Below, piece after piece: positions 8,764 through 16,314 of a DNA stretch of 44,620 nt (position 1 is the first letter of the stretch; the number at the start of each line of letters is the position of its first letter). The notes under the pieces were generated by a model. It was not told the DNA's origin and made no database searches. It saw only the letters and a program-made list of their open reading frames with translations. A program made the position numbers and the translations under genes. Source of the stretch: a bacterium (GTDB taxonomy: Bacteria > Bacillota_I > Bacilli_A > RF39 > UBA660); NCBI GenBank assembly GCA_029007415.1, contig JAQXHT010000050.1:1-44620 (forward strand), in the 5' to 3' direction.

Positions 8764-11443
8764 TAATGAGATTAGATCATTATGGATAAAATATTTTGAA
8801 GAACATGGACATAAATATGTAGAAAGCGCTCCCTTGATTCCCCGTGATGATGATTCATTATTATGGATAAATGCTGGAGTAACCCCCTTAAAGAAATATT
8901 TTGATGGAACTGTTATTCCAGAGAATAGAAGAATTGTCAATATCCAAAAATGTATTCGTACAAACGATATTGAAAATGTTGGTGTAACAAAACGTCACCA
9001 TACTTTCTTTGAAATGATGGGGAACTTTTCAATTGGTGATTATTTTAAGAATGAAGCGATTACTTTTGCTTATGAATTATTAACTAGTGAAGAATGGTTT
9101 GCTATTCCAAAAGATAGACTTTATATAACTGTTTATACTAATGATACTGATGCTTTAAATAAGTGGGTAGAACTTGGAATGGACCCTTCCCATATGATTA
9201 AATTAGATGAAAATTTCTGGGAAATCGGTAGTGGACCTTGTGGACCAGATAGCGAGATATTCTATGATCGTGGTGAAAAATATGACCCTAATCATGATGC
9301 TTTAGAAAAGTTCAAAAATGACGATGAACAGGAAAGATATGTTGAAATTTGGAATAATGTTTTTAGTCAGTTTCAATCAGAAGAAGGAAAACCTCGTGAA
9401 AAATATAAGGAACTTCCTCATAAAAATATTGATACTGGTGCAGGACTTGAGAGATGGTGTACAATATTCCAAGATGTAGATTCTAGTTTTGAGACGGATT
9501 TATTTACACCGATTTTAGCAAAGATAGAAGAAATGTCAGGAATTCTTTATAATGGTCAAACGGCTTTTAAAGTAATTGCTGATCATATTAAAGCTATTAC
9601 TTTTGCTTTATCAGATGGTGCTAGTTTTGGAAATACAGGACGTGATTATGTTTTAAGACGTCTTTTAAGAAGAAGTTCTAGATTTGGAAAACAGTTAGGT
9701 TTCAATGAGCCATTCCTTTATAAATTAGTAGGTACTGTTTGTGAGACGATGGGGGACTTCTATAAAGAACTATACGAAAAACGTGGGGAAGTAGAAGGAT
9801 TAATATTAGAAGAAGAAAAATTATTCTTAAAAACCCTTGAGCAAGGTATGTCAAAACTTGATGATATCTTAGAAACAGTTACTGATGGAGTTATTTCTGG
9901 TTATGATGCTTTTAAACTATATGATACCTATGGTTTTCCACTTGAATTAACTGAAGAAATTGCTACTGAAAAAGGTTATAGAGTTGATTCTGAAGGCTTT
10001 GTTAATTATATGAATAAACAAAAAGAAGCTGCAAAGAAAAGCAACCGTAATAAGACATCAATGGCTAAACAAAAGCAAGTTTTAATGGACTTTAAGAAAC
10101 CTTCAACCTTTGTTTACGGTTTGTATCGTTTGAAAAGTAGTGTTTTAGCAATTATTAGTAAAGATTCACTTGAAAAAACACTTGATCATGATGGTTATAT
10201 TGTTTTAAAGAGAACTTGTTTTTATGCGGAAAGTGGTGGACAAGTAGCTGATACTGGTATGATTACGGGTAAGAATTTTACGGCTAGAGTTGTTGATGTT
10301 TTCAAAGGTCCTAATGGTCAACATATTCATAAAGTTAAACTATTATCAGGTAAAATCACTACTGGTGATGAATGTGAAGTAATTATTGATAAAGAACGTC
10401 GTCATAATATTGAAGCTAATCATAGTAGTGTTCATATGTTACAATATGCTTTACAAACTGTTATAAGTCCTAAGATTATGCAAGCTGGTAGCTATGTTGA
10501 TGATAGTAAACTTCGTTTTGATTTTACTTATACTGGTAAGATTTTTGATGAAGATTTATATAAAGTAGAAGATATGGTTAATGAAATGATTAATCGTGGA
10601 ATAATTACTTCTACAGAGGTAATGCCGCTTGATAAAGCTAAAGAGTTAGGAGCAATGGCTTTATTCGGAGAAAAATATGGAGAAACTGTAAGAGTTGTTA
10701 AAATTGATAAGTCCATCGAATTATGTGGTGGTACGCATATCGCTAATACTAAAGATGTTAATAGATTTGCTATTTCTTCATTTGAATCTAAAGGAAGTAA
10801 TACTTATCGTATAGAAGCTTGTACTAATAAAAAGATAGAAACAACTTTATTTGATATTATCAAACCTTATAATGATGAGATGGTTAAATTATTAATGAAA
10901 TCTAAGGAAATACTTGAACAAGCAAGAAAGTTAGGAATCAATCTTACTTTTGATGTTACTATTGATAATAGTGCTCCAAAGAGTTATCGTGATATAGTAT
11001 TTAATCGTAATGAGCTTTCTTACGTTCAAGGTGAAGTTAAAACACTAGAAAGAAAGTTCCAAGAAGAAAAAGAAAAACAAAGTCTAGGCAAAGTAGATGA
11101 ATATCTAACTAAGCTAAAAGATATAAACGGTAAGAAATTCTTATATTTAACTTTTGAACATGAAGAAATGGGAATTTTAAAAGCTATAATGGATGCTTTA
11201 GCTAATAAACTTGATAATTCATTAGTGTTCATCGTTAATATTAAGGAAGATAATAGTGTTAATTTCTTATGCCGTAATAAGGTAGCTAGTCTAAGTGCTG
11301 GATACTTAATTAAACAAATTGCTGCTATTTCAAACGGAAATGGTGGTGGAAGTGTTAGTTTTGCTCAGGGTGGTGGAAAGACTAGTGCTAATCTTGAAGA
11401 AATATATAAATATTTAGTGGAGCAAATAAATGAAGCAGAATAA
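8747..11443 (+). CDS. alaS: Alanine--tRNA ligase
   Basis: HHTFFEMMGNFSIGDYFK and the HSSVHMLQ editing-domain motif. About 900 aa. The ATG at 8747 has the best spacing from the GGAG at 8734-8737. Alternative starts at 8741 and 8756. Confidence 0.95.
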   Translation: MRKMTSNEIRSLWIKYFEEHGHKYVESAPLIPRDDDSLLWINAGVTPLKKYFDGTVIPENRRIVNIQKCIRTNDIENVGVTKRHHTFFEMMGNFSIGDYFKNEAITFAYELLTSEEWFAIPKDRLYITVYTNDTDALNKWVELGMDPSHMIKLDENFWEIGSGPCGPDSEIFYDRGEKYDPNHDALEKFKNDDEQERYVEIWNNVFSQFQSEEGKPREKYKELPHKNIDTGAGLERWCTIFQDVDSSFETDLFTPILAKIEEMSGILYNGQTAFKVIADHIKAITFALSDGASFGNTGRDYVLRRLLRRSSRFGKQLGFNEPFLYKLVGTVCETMGDFYKELYEKRGEVEGLILEEEKLFLKTLEQGMSKLDDILETVTDGVISGYDAFKLYDTYGFPLELTEEIATEKGYRVDSEGFVNYMNKQKEAAKKSNRNKTSMAKQKQVLMDFKKPSTFVYGLYRLKSSVLAIISKDSLEKTLDHDGYIVLKRTCFYAESGGQVADTGMITGKNFTARVVDVFKGPNGQHIHKVKLLSGKITTGDECEVIIDKERRHNIEANHSSVHMLQYALQTVISPKIMQAGSYVDDSKLRFDFTYTGKIFDEDLYKVEDMVNEMINRGIITSTEVMPLDKAKELGAMALFGEKYGETVRVVKIDKSIELCGGTHIANTKDVNRFAISSFESKGSNTYRIEACTNKKIETTLFDIIKPYNDEMVKLLMKSKEILEQARKLGINLTFDVTIDNSAPKSYRDIVFNRNELSYVQGEVKTLERKFQEEKEKQSLGKVDEYLTKLKDINGKKFLYLTFEHEEMGILKAIMDALANKLDNSLVFIVNIKEDNSVNFLCRNKVASLSAGYLIKQIAAISNGNGGGSVSFAQGGGKTSANLEEIYKYLVEQINEAE

Positions 11444-12377
11444 TTATTTGCTTCTTTCTTCCTCTAGTATATTGCTAGATAAAGAAATAGAAAAAATTAT
11501 TAAAGAGAAAAACTTTGAAGAAGCGAGTATTATAACTTATGATTTAGAAGAAGTAGCTTTAGTTGATGTCTTAGAAGAGTTAGATACTGTTTCTTTCTTG
11601 ACTCCATTGAAAGTAGTAATTGCTAATCATGCTAATTTTTTGACAGCGGGAGCTAGCGAAGAAGAGGCAAGTCTTAATCATTTATTAAAATATTTGGACC
11701 AAAATATTGAGACGACTTTATTCTTTTTAACAGTTGATAAGATGGATGAGCGAAAAAAGATTGGTAAAGAATTAAAGAAGAAAATGACTTTTCTAAATAT
11801 TAGTCCAGATAAGGAAGAATATCTTAAGAGTTTACTAGCAGATTATAAACTAGAAAAAGGTGTAATTTCTAATATTCTTTCTAGAGTTGAAGATGATTAT
11901 GACAAGATTTATCAAGAAAGTGATAAACTTAAACTTTATAAAGTTGATAGTAAAGAAATAACAAATAGTGATGTAGAAAATATGTTACCAGCTCCTTTAG
12001 AAAAACAAGATCAATTAACTTTTGATTTAATAAGAGCGATTGGCCTTAAAGATAAAAGAGAAGCTTTAAAACTATATGAGAAACTAAAGAAATTTAATAT
12101 TGAAATATTTGCATTAATGGGTCTTTTAGAGAGTCAGTATAGAGTGCTATATCAAGTTAAACTTTTAAATAATCGTGGTTATAGAGAAGGGGAAATAGCT
12201 AAAGAACTAGCAATTCATCCTTATCGTGCTAAGAAAATATTAGAACTAGGAAGAACTACTACTATTAAAGAAATAAAAAACTTTTTACTAAAGTTAGCTG
12301 ACCTTGATTTGAAATTAAAAAGTGGTCAAGTTGATAAAGAACTAGCAATGGAATTATTAATAATTAATAGTGACTAA
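11430..12377 (+). CDS. holA: DNA polymerase III subunit delta
   Basis: 315 aa. The C-terminal LKLKSGQVDKELAMELLI matches the HolA tail pattern. Overlaps the alaS stop. Confidence 0.75.
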   Translation: MKQNNYLLLSSSSILLDKEIEKIIKEKNFEEASIITYDLEEVALVDVLEELDTVSFLTPLKVVIANHANFLTAGASEEEASLNHLLKYLDQNIETTLFFLTVDKMDERKKIGKELKKKMTFLNISPDKEEYLKSLLADYKLEKGVISNILSRVEDDYDKIYQESDKLKLYKVDSKEITNSDVENMLPAPLEKQDQLTFDLIRAIGLKDKREALKLYEKLKKFNIEIFALMGLLESQYRVLYQVKLLNNRGYREGEIAKELAIHPYRAKKILELGRTTTIKEIKNFLLKLADLDLKLKSGQVDKELAMELLIINSD

Positions 12378-12379
12378 GG

Positions 12380-12400
12380 GCAGAATCATCTGCTTTTTTT
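12380..12400 (+). terminator. Rho-independent terminator after holA
   Basis: GCAGA-atca-TCTGC followed by T7. Confidence 0.7.
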
Positions 12401-12402
12401 CG

Positions 12403-12431
12403 TTGCATTATAACTGATATTTTGGTATAAT
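12403..12431 (+). promoter_or_regulatory. Sigma-A type promoter
   Basis: TTGCAT, 17-nt spacer, TATAAT. Confidence 0.55.
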
Positions 12432-12458
12432 AAAGAACGATTTGGGAGTGTGATTGTG

Positions 12459-13700
12459 ATGAATATGATTGAAAAGAGAGATACTTTACTAGCAAAATTA
12501 GCGAAAGCTAATACTCTTGAAGAAATTATCGCAACTGGTTGGCAATTAGAAAAGTGCGGTAATACTTTAAAACAAGATGATTATTTAGAACTAATGAAAA
12601 ACAAAAAAGATGAATTTTATTATGAACAAATCCAAAAAAGAGAACAAGAAGTTCGTAATAGTTTATTATTAAACTTTGTTAAACAAGTCCAAGGAAATGT
12701 AGTTGATTTGACAGCAATTGATACCAAACTTGCTTGGTGGGAAATAAGAGAAATTTTACTAAAGAAACAAAATAAAGATGAAATAGATGAAGCTTTACTT
12801 GCGTATACTTTAAAGGTTTATCCACAAAATGATTTAAAAGAAAGACAATTAGCACATAGAATTGAAGAAGCTAAAGCAAAAATTAATATATATTTAGAAG
12901 CAGATTGTCCGTCACCAACAGATTTGAAAAAAATGTATGGAATTCAAATGGATGAAATAATTGAGTCATATAAATTTTTAAGAAGCAATGCTTATGAATT
13001 TTATGATTCATTAAATAAAGATGATTTTATGAAGGAACCAAAAGAGTTTAAAGGTAATGGCTATACTAAACAAATTATAACCGAAGTAGCATCACTTGAT
13101 GAAGATTACTATTTACCAAAAAATCGTAAAAACTTTGTAGCATTTTGTGAACAAAATGACTTACCGACAAGTATGGTTAGAAGATATTGTAGATTAAAAA
13201 AAGGAACAGATTCTGATTTCTTTAAACTTGATTTAGCTAAACAAGTAGAACAACTTTCACTAGTAAAACTTGATGAAGTAGATAAAGTTAAACCATTAGT
13301 CGCTCAGTTAGTTGATGTTTTTGATGAAAATACTGATATCGATACGATTGATTACCATTATTTTTATAAACAAAAGCTAAATAAAGATGAAGTCTTTCAA
13401 TTTTTAAGAGCCATAAAACTGGATAATATTGCTGAAAAATTTAGAAAGTATGTTGTAATGCACCCTAATGCGTTTACTTGTTATGATGCAAAAGAAATAG
13501 CTATATATAGTAAAAACTCTATACTTACTTTTGAAAATCAAACAGTAAATTATGAACCAGCTAATTTTGTAAAAGTTATTAATGAACTAGAAGAAGAAAA
13601 TTTACCAATGAGTAAAGGATTAGTAGTTCAAAAATTAACAGAAAAACAAAATAGTAAAAAAATCACTAAATCGATTGTCAAACCTTTTCAAGTATGTTAG
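12459..13700 (+). CDS. Hypothetical protein, about 413 aa, no recognisable domain
   Basis: Long ORF with a GGGAG RBS at 12444-12448. Candidate starts are GTG 12450, GTG 12456 and ATG 12459. Confidence 0.6.
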   Translation: MNMIEKRDTLLAKLAKANTLEEIIATGWQLEKCGNTLKQDDYLELMKNKKDEFYYEQIQKREQEVRNSLLLNFVKQVQGNVVDLTAIDTKLAWWEIREILLKKQNKDEIDEALLAYTLKVYPQNDLKERQLAHRIEEAKAKINIYLEADCPSPTDLKKMYGIQMDEIIESYKFLRSNAYEFYDSLNKDDFMKEPKEFKGNGYTKQIITEVASLDEDYYLPKNRKNFVAFCEQNDLPTSMVRRYCRLKKGTDSDFFKLDLAKQVEQLSLVKLDEVDKVKPLVAQLVDVFDENTDIDTIDYHYFYKQKLNKDEVFQFLRAIKLDNIAEKFRKYVVMHPNAFTCYDAKEIAIYSKNSILTFENQTVNYEPANFVKVINELEEENLPMSKGLVVQKLTEKQNSKKITKSIVKPFQVC

Positions 13701-13732
13701 AATAATATTATCTTCTTTGAAGATTTTATTAT

Positions 13733-13809
13733 GGCCTGTTGGTGAAGTGGTTCAACACGCGCGCCTCTCAAGCTCGTATTCACGGGTTCGAACCCCGTAC
13801 AGGCTACCA
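13733..13809 (+). tRNA. tRNA-Glu-like, anticodon CUC, encoded CCA
   Basis: Hand-folded cloverleaf. Acceptor GGCCTGT/ACAGGCT (G1-U72 wobble), D arm GTG/CAC with GG in the loop, anticodon stem CGCGC/GCTCG (central C-U mismatch), loop CTCTCAA, T arm ACGGG-TTCGAAC-CCCGT, 3' ACCA. From memory, the overall sequence resembles the Bacillus tRNA-Glu. Confidence 0.8.
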
Positions 13810-13820
13810 GATAGTTTATA

Positions 13821-13847
13821 GGAGAACTAAAAAAGTTCTCTTTTTTT
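13821..13847 (+). terminator. Terminator after the tRNA
   Basis: GGAGAAC-taaaaaa-GTTCTC followed by T7. Confidence 0.7.
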
Positions 13848-13858
13848 CTAAAAAATGT

Positions 13859-13887
13859 TTGCTTTTAAAACATCAATATGATATAAT
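13859..13887 (+). promoter_or_regulatory. Sigma-A type promoter
   Basis: TTGCTT, 17-nt spacer, TATAAT, upstream of the AAGGAGG RBS at 13901-13907. Confidence 0.5.
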
Positions 13888-13915
13888 ATTCATCTTAACC
13901 AAGGAGGTGGTAGTT

Positions 13916-14704
13916 ATGACAATTTTACCAATAGCAACAAATGAATATATGTCAGAACTAGAAGTGTCATTTCGTAATCTTTATAAAGAAGAAATGCAAT
14001 TACAATCAGAAAAGGGTAGTGAAAGTGATGTACTAATAGGAAAAGTTTCTTTAAATGATAGTGTTGATGCTAGATATTATAAAGATCAACCTATTAAATT
14101 AACTAATGATATTAGAAATGCAATTCATCAGTACAACAATTATGCATCAGTTATTAAAGTTACTAGTAAAAAATATGGAGATGGTGACTTTTGTGATCAA
14201 TATTCAATACCTCTACCCCCAGAAAGACCAAATATATATGTTGATACATTATATGGAATATTAGTAAATGACTTAAGATTTAATAATGATGCTAAACGAA
14301 ATGATAGAACTATTTCTCTTAACGACATTGGAATTGTTTCTAAGTTAAATGAACATGACCAAATAGAAATGTTAAAATTGAGACAAAAATCAGTTACAAA
14401 GGCAGACTATTTCTATCAGTTATCAGCAACAGGGCTTACTGCCCAAGTTGAATGGTTAGAATTTTTAGATACATTAGAATTTACTCCAGTTGATGGTAGT
14501 GTTAAACAAAGAGATAGTTATGACCAAATATTAGAATCATTTGCTAATACTGAAACTAAGATGAAGAAAAATATGTTTAATTACTTAAAAACAGGAGAAG
14601 AAAATTACTCAATCTATAGTTATTATTATCAATTACTTAATAATAGACAATATATGGAATTTAAATTACCACAAAAACAATACGTTAAAGAGAAAGTAGC
14701 TTAG
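13916..14704 (+). CDS. Hypothetical protein, 262 aa
   Basis: ATG at 13916 is preceded by AAGGAGGTGG. The listed ORF start (13739) runs through the tRNA and its terminator and is rejected. Confidence 0.6.
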   Translation: MTILPIATNEYMSELEVSFRNLYKEEMQLQSEKGSESDVLIGKVSLNDSVDARYYKDQPIKLTNDIRNAIHQYNNYASVIKVTSKKYGDGDFCDQYSIPLPPERPNIYVDTLYGILVNDLRFNNDAKRNDRTISLNDIGIVSKLNEHDQIEMLKLRQKSVTKADYFYQLSATGLTAQVEWLEFLDTLEFTPVDGSVKQRDSYDQILESFANTETKMKKNMFNYLKTGEENYSIYSYYYQLLNNRQYMEFKLPQKQYVKEKVA

Positions 14705-14705
14705 T

Positions 14706-15401
14706 ATGGAAAGACTAGAAAGAATAAATTGTTTATTAGGAACGGAAATGGTTGCTAGTTTTCGAAAAGAAAAGATACTAGTAGTTGGTTGTGGTGGTGT
14801 TGGTGGTTATGTTATCGAAGGATTAGTAAGAAGTGGCTTTTTAGATTTAACTATAGTTGATTACGATAAAGTAGATATTACTAATTGTAATAGACAGATC
14901 ATTGCTTTATCTAGCACAATTAATCAAGATAAGGTTGAATTAATAAAAAAACGAGCTATAGATATTAATCCAGAAGCAAACATTATAGCTCTTAAGAGTA
15001 AAGTTTCTATGGATAATATAGAAAAACTATTTTTAAGCGATTACACCTATGTAATAGATGCGTGTGATGATATAAAAGCTAAAGAACTGTTATTAACTTA
15101 CTGTAACAAGAAAAAAATACCAATCATATCTTGTATGGGTATGGGAAAAAGATTAGATCCAACAAAAATAGAAATAACTACTATCGAAAAGACTTATAAT
15201 GACCCCTTAGCTAGAAAACTACGTTACTTTATAAAACAAAATAGATTATCATTAAAAACAAAAGTGTGTTTTTCAAGCGAATTACCAGTTAAATTGGATA
15301 GTAATATAATTGCTTCTTGTGCTTTTGTTCCCGCAACAGCAGGAATGGTAATAGCTAGTGAAGTAGTTAAAAATATAATAAAAAAGAACAAGAATAGATA
15401 A
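14706..15401 (+). CDS. tcdA: tRNA threonylcarbamoyladenosine dehydratase (ThiF/E1-like)
   Basis: VVGCGGVGG nucleotide-binding loop and NCNRQ motif, about 230 aa. Confidence 0.8.
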   Translation: MERLERINCLLGTEMVASFRKEKILVVGCGGVGGYVIEGLVRSGFLDLTIVDYDKVDITNCNRQIIALSSTINQDKVELIKKRAIDINPEANIIALKSKVSMDNIEKLFLSDYTYVIDACDDIKAKELLLTYCNKKKIPIISCMGMGKRLDPTKIEITTIEKTYNDPLARKLRYFIKQNRLSLKTKVCFSSELPVKLDSNIIASCAFVPATAGMVIASEVVKNIIKKNKNR

Positions 15402-15421
15402 GATATCTAGCTTGTTCTTTT
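15382..15421. terminator. Bidirectional terminator between convergent tcdA and lexA
   Basis: AAAAGAACAAG (15382-15392) / CTTGTTCTTTT (15411-15421), with A and T runs on either side. Confidence 0.6.
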
Positions 15422-16041
15422 TAGTTGAATTTTCGATATAAACCAACAACTTTGCCAAGAATTGTAACTTTATCAAGAATGATTGGTTCCATTGTATCAT
15501 TTTCAGGTTGTAGTCTGAAATGATTATCTTCTTTATAAAAAGTTTTAACAGTTGCTTCGTTATTTTCATTCATTGCTACTACAGTATCACCATTTTTTGC
15601 GGTTTCTTGTCTTTCAACAATTATGATATCACCATCATAGATACCAACATTAATCATTGATTCACCACTTACTCTTAAAGTAAATATTTCCTTTTTATTA
15701 CCAACTATTTCAACAGGAAGTGCAAATGTTTCGTTGGGACGTTCAATTGCTTCAATTGGTGTACCCGCTGTAACTTTCCCAAGAAGAGGTACTTTAATTA
15801 CATCTTCTTTTTCTTTTAAAAACTCATTTGGTACTAGTATTTCTATTGTTCTATTAGAACCATCTTCTTTAGAAATATAACCTTTCTTAACTAATTGCAT
15901 TAAATGAAAATGAATAGTAGCAGGGGAATGAAGGTTAGCAGCTTCACCAATTTCTCTAACTGTAGGTGGATAACCTTTTTTCGCTGTTAATTTCTTAATT
16001 ATTTGTAAAATATCATACTGTCTATCTGTTAATTTCTCCAT
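15421..16041 (-). CDS. lexA: LexA repressor
   Basis: MEKLTDRQ...PPTVREIG winged-helix domain, the VTAGTP cleavage region, and GESM plus VKTF matching the Ser-Lys dyad. ATG at 16041 has a GGAGGA RBS. The 64-codon upstream extension in the ORF track is rejected. Confidence 0.92.
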   Translation of the reverse strand: MEKLTDRQYDILQIIKKLTAKKGYPPTVREIGEAANLHSPATIHFHLMQLVKKGYISKEDGSNRTIEILVPNEFLKEKEDVIKVPLLGKVTAGTPIEAIERPNETFALPVEIVGNKKEIFTLRVSGESMINVGIYDGDIIIVERQETAKNGDTVVAMNENNEATVKTFYKEDNHFRLQPENDTMEPIILDKVTILGKVVGLYRKFN

Positions 16042-16110
16042 CTTTTTTCCTCCTTTTCTCAATATTAACACGTCTAATAGGAAAAAGTCAAACAAAATTT
16101 CGAAAAAATA

Positions 16111-16139
16111 TTGACAAAACTTATGTTTGCTAATAAAAT
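16111..16139 (+). promoter_or_regulatory. Promoter with an embedded LexA-box-like palindrome
   Basis: TTGACA (16111-16116), 17-nt spacer, TAAAAT (16134-16139). The spacer holds AAAC-TTAT-GTTT (16117-16128), which keeps the AAC-N4-GTT core of the Firmicutes CGAAC-N4-GTTCG box. Confidence 0.45.
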
Positions 16140-16150
16140 CGGAAGAAGAG

Positions 16151-16276
16151 ATGGAGGAATTAATGAAAAATAACATCATAGAAATTATAAAAACAATCAT
16201 ATTAATAATAGGTTTATATGTGATAGCAATCATACTTAGTTTAATAATATGTGCTAATTTGCTTTCGAAAATTTAG
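16151..16276 (+). CDS. Small hydrophobic peptide, 41 aa (37 aa from the second ATG), divergent from lexA
   Basis: MEELMKNNIIEIIKTIILIIGLYVIAIILSLIICANLLSKI. GGAGGA lies 4 nt before the ATG at 16163. One predicted TM helix. Below the ORF-track length cut-off. Confidence 0.4.
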   Translation: MEELMKNNIIEIIKTIILIIGLYVIAIILSLIICANLLSKI

Positions 16277-16314
16277 AAAGATTGCTATAATAATTAGAGA
16301 AAAGAAGGTGCACT

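Noticed and set aside
13739-13915. N-terminal part of the listed 321-aa ORF.
   Set aside because: It reads through the tRNA gene, its terminator and a promoter. A strong AAGGAGG RBS precedes the internal ATG at 13916.
16042-16233. 64-codon N-terminal extension of the lexA ORF in the six-frame track (start at 16233).
   Set aside because: LexA homology starts at MEKLTDRQ, which has a GGAGGA RBS. The extension is hydrophobic junk and is antisense to the better-supported small ORF and its promoter.
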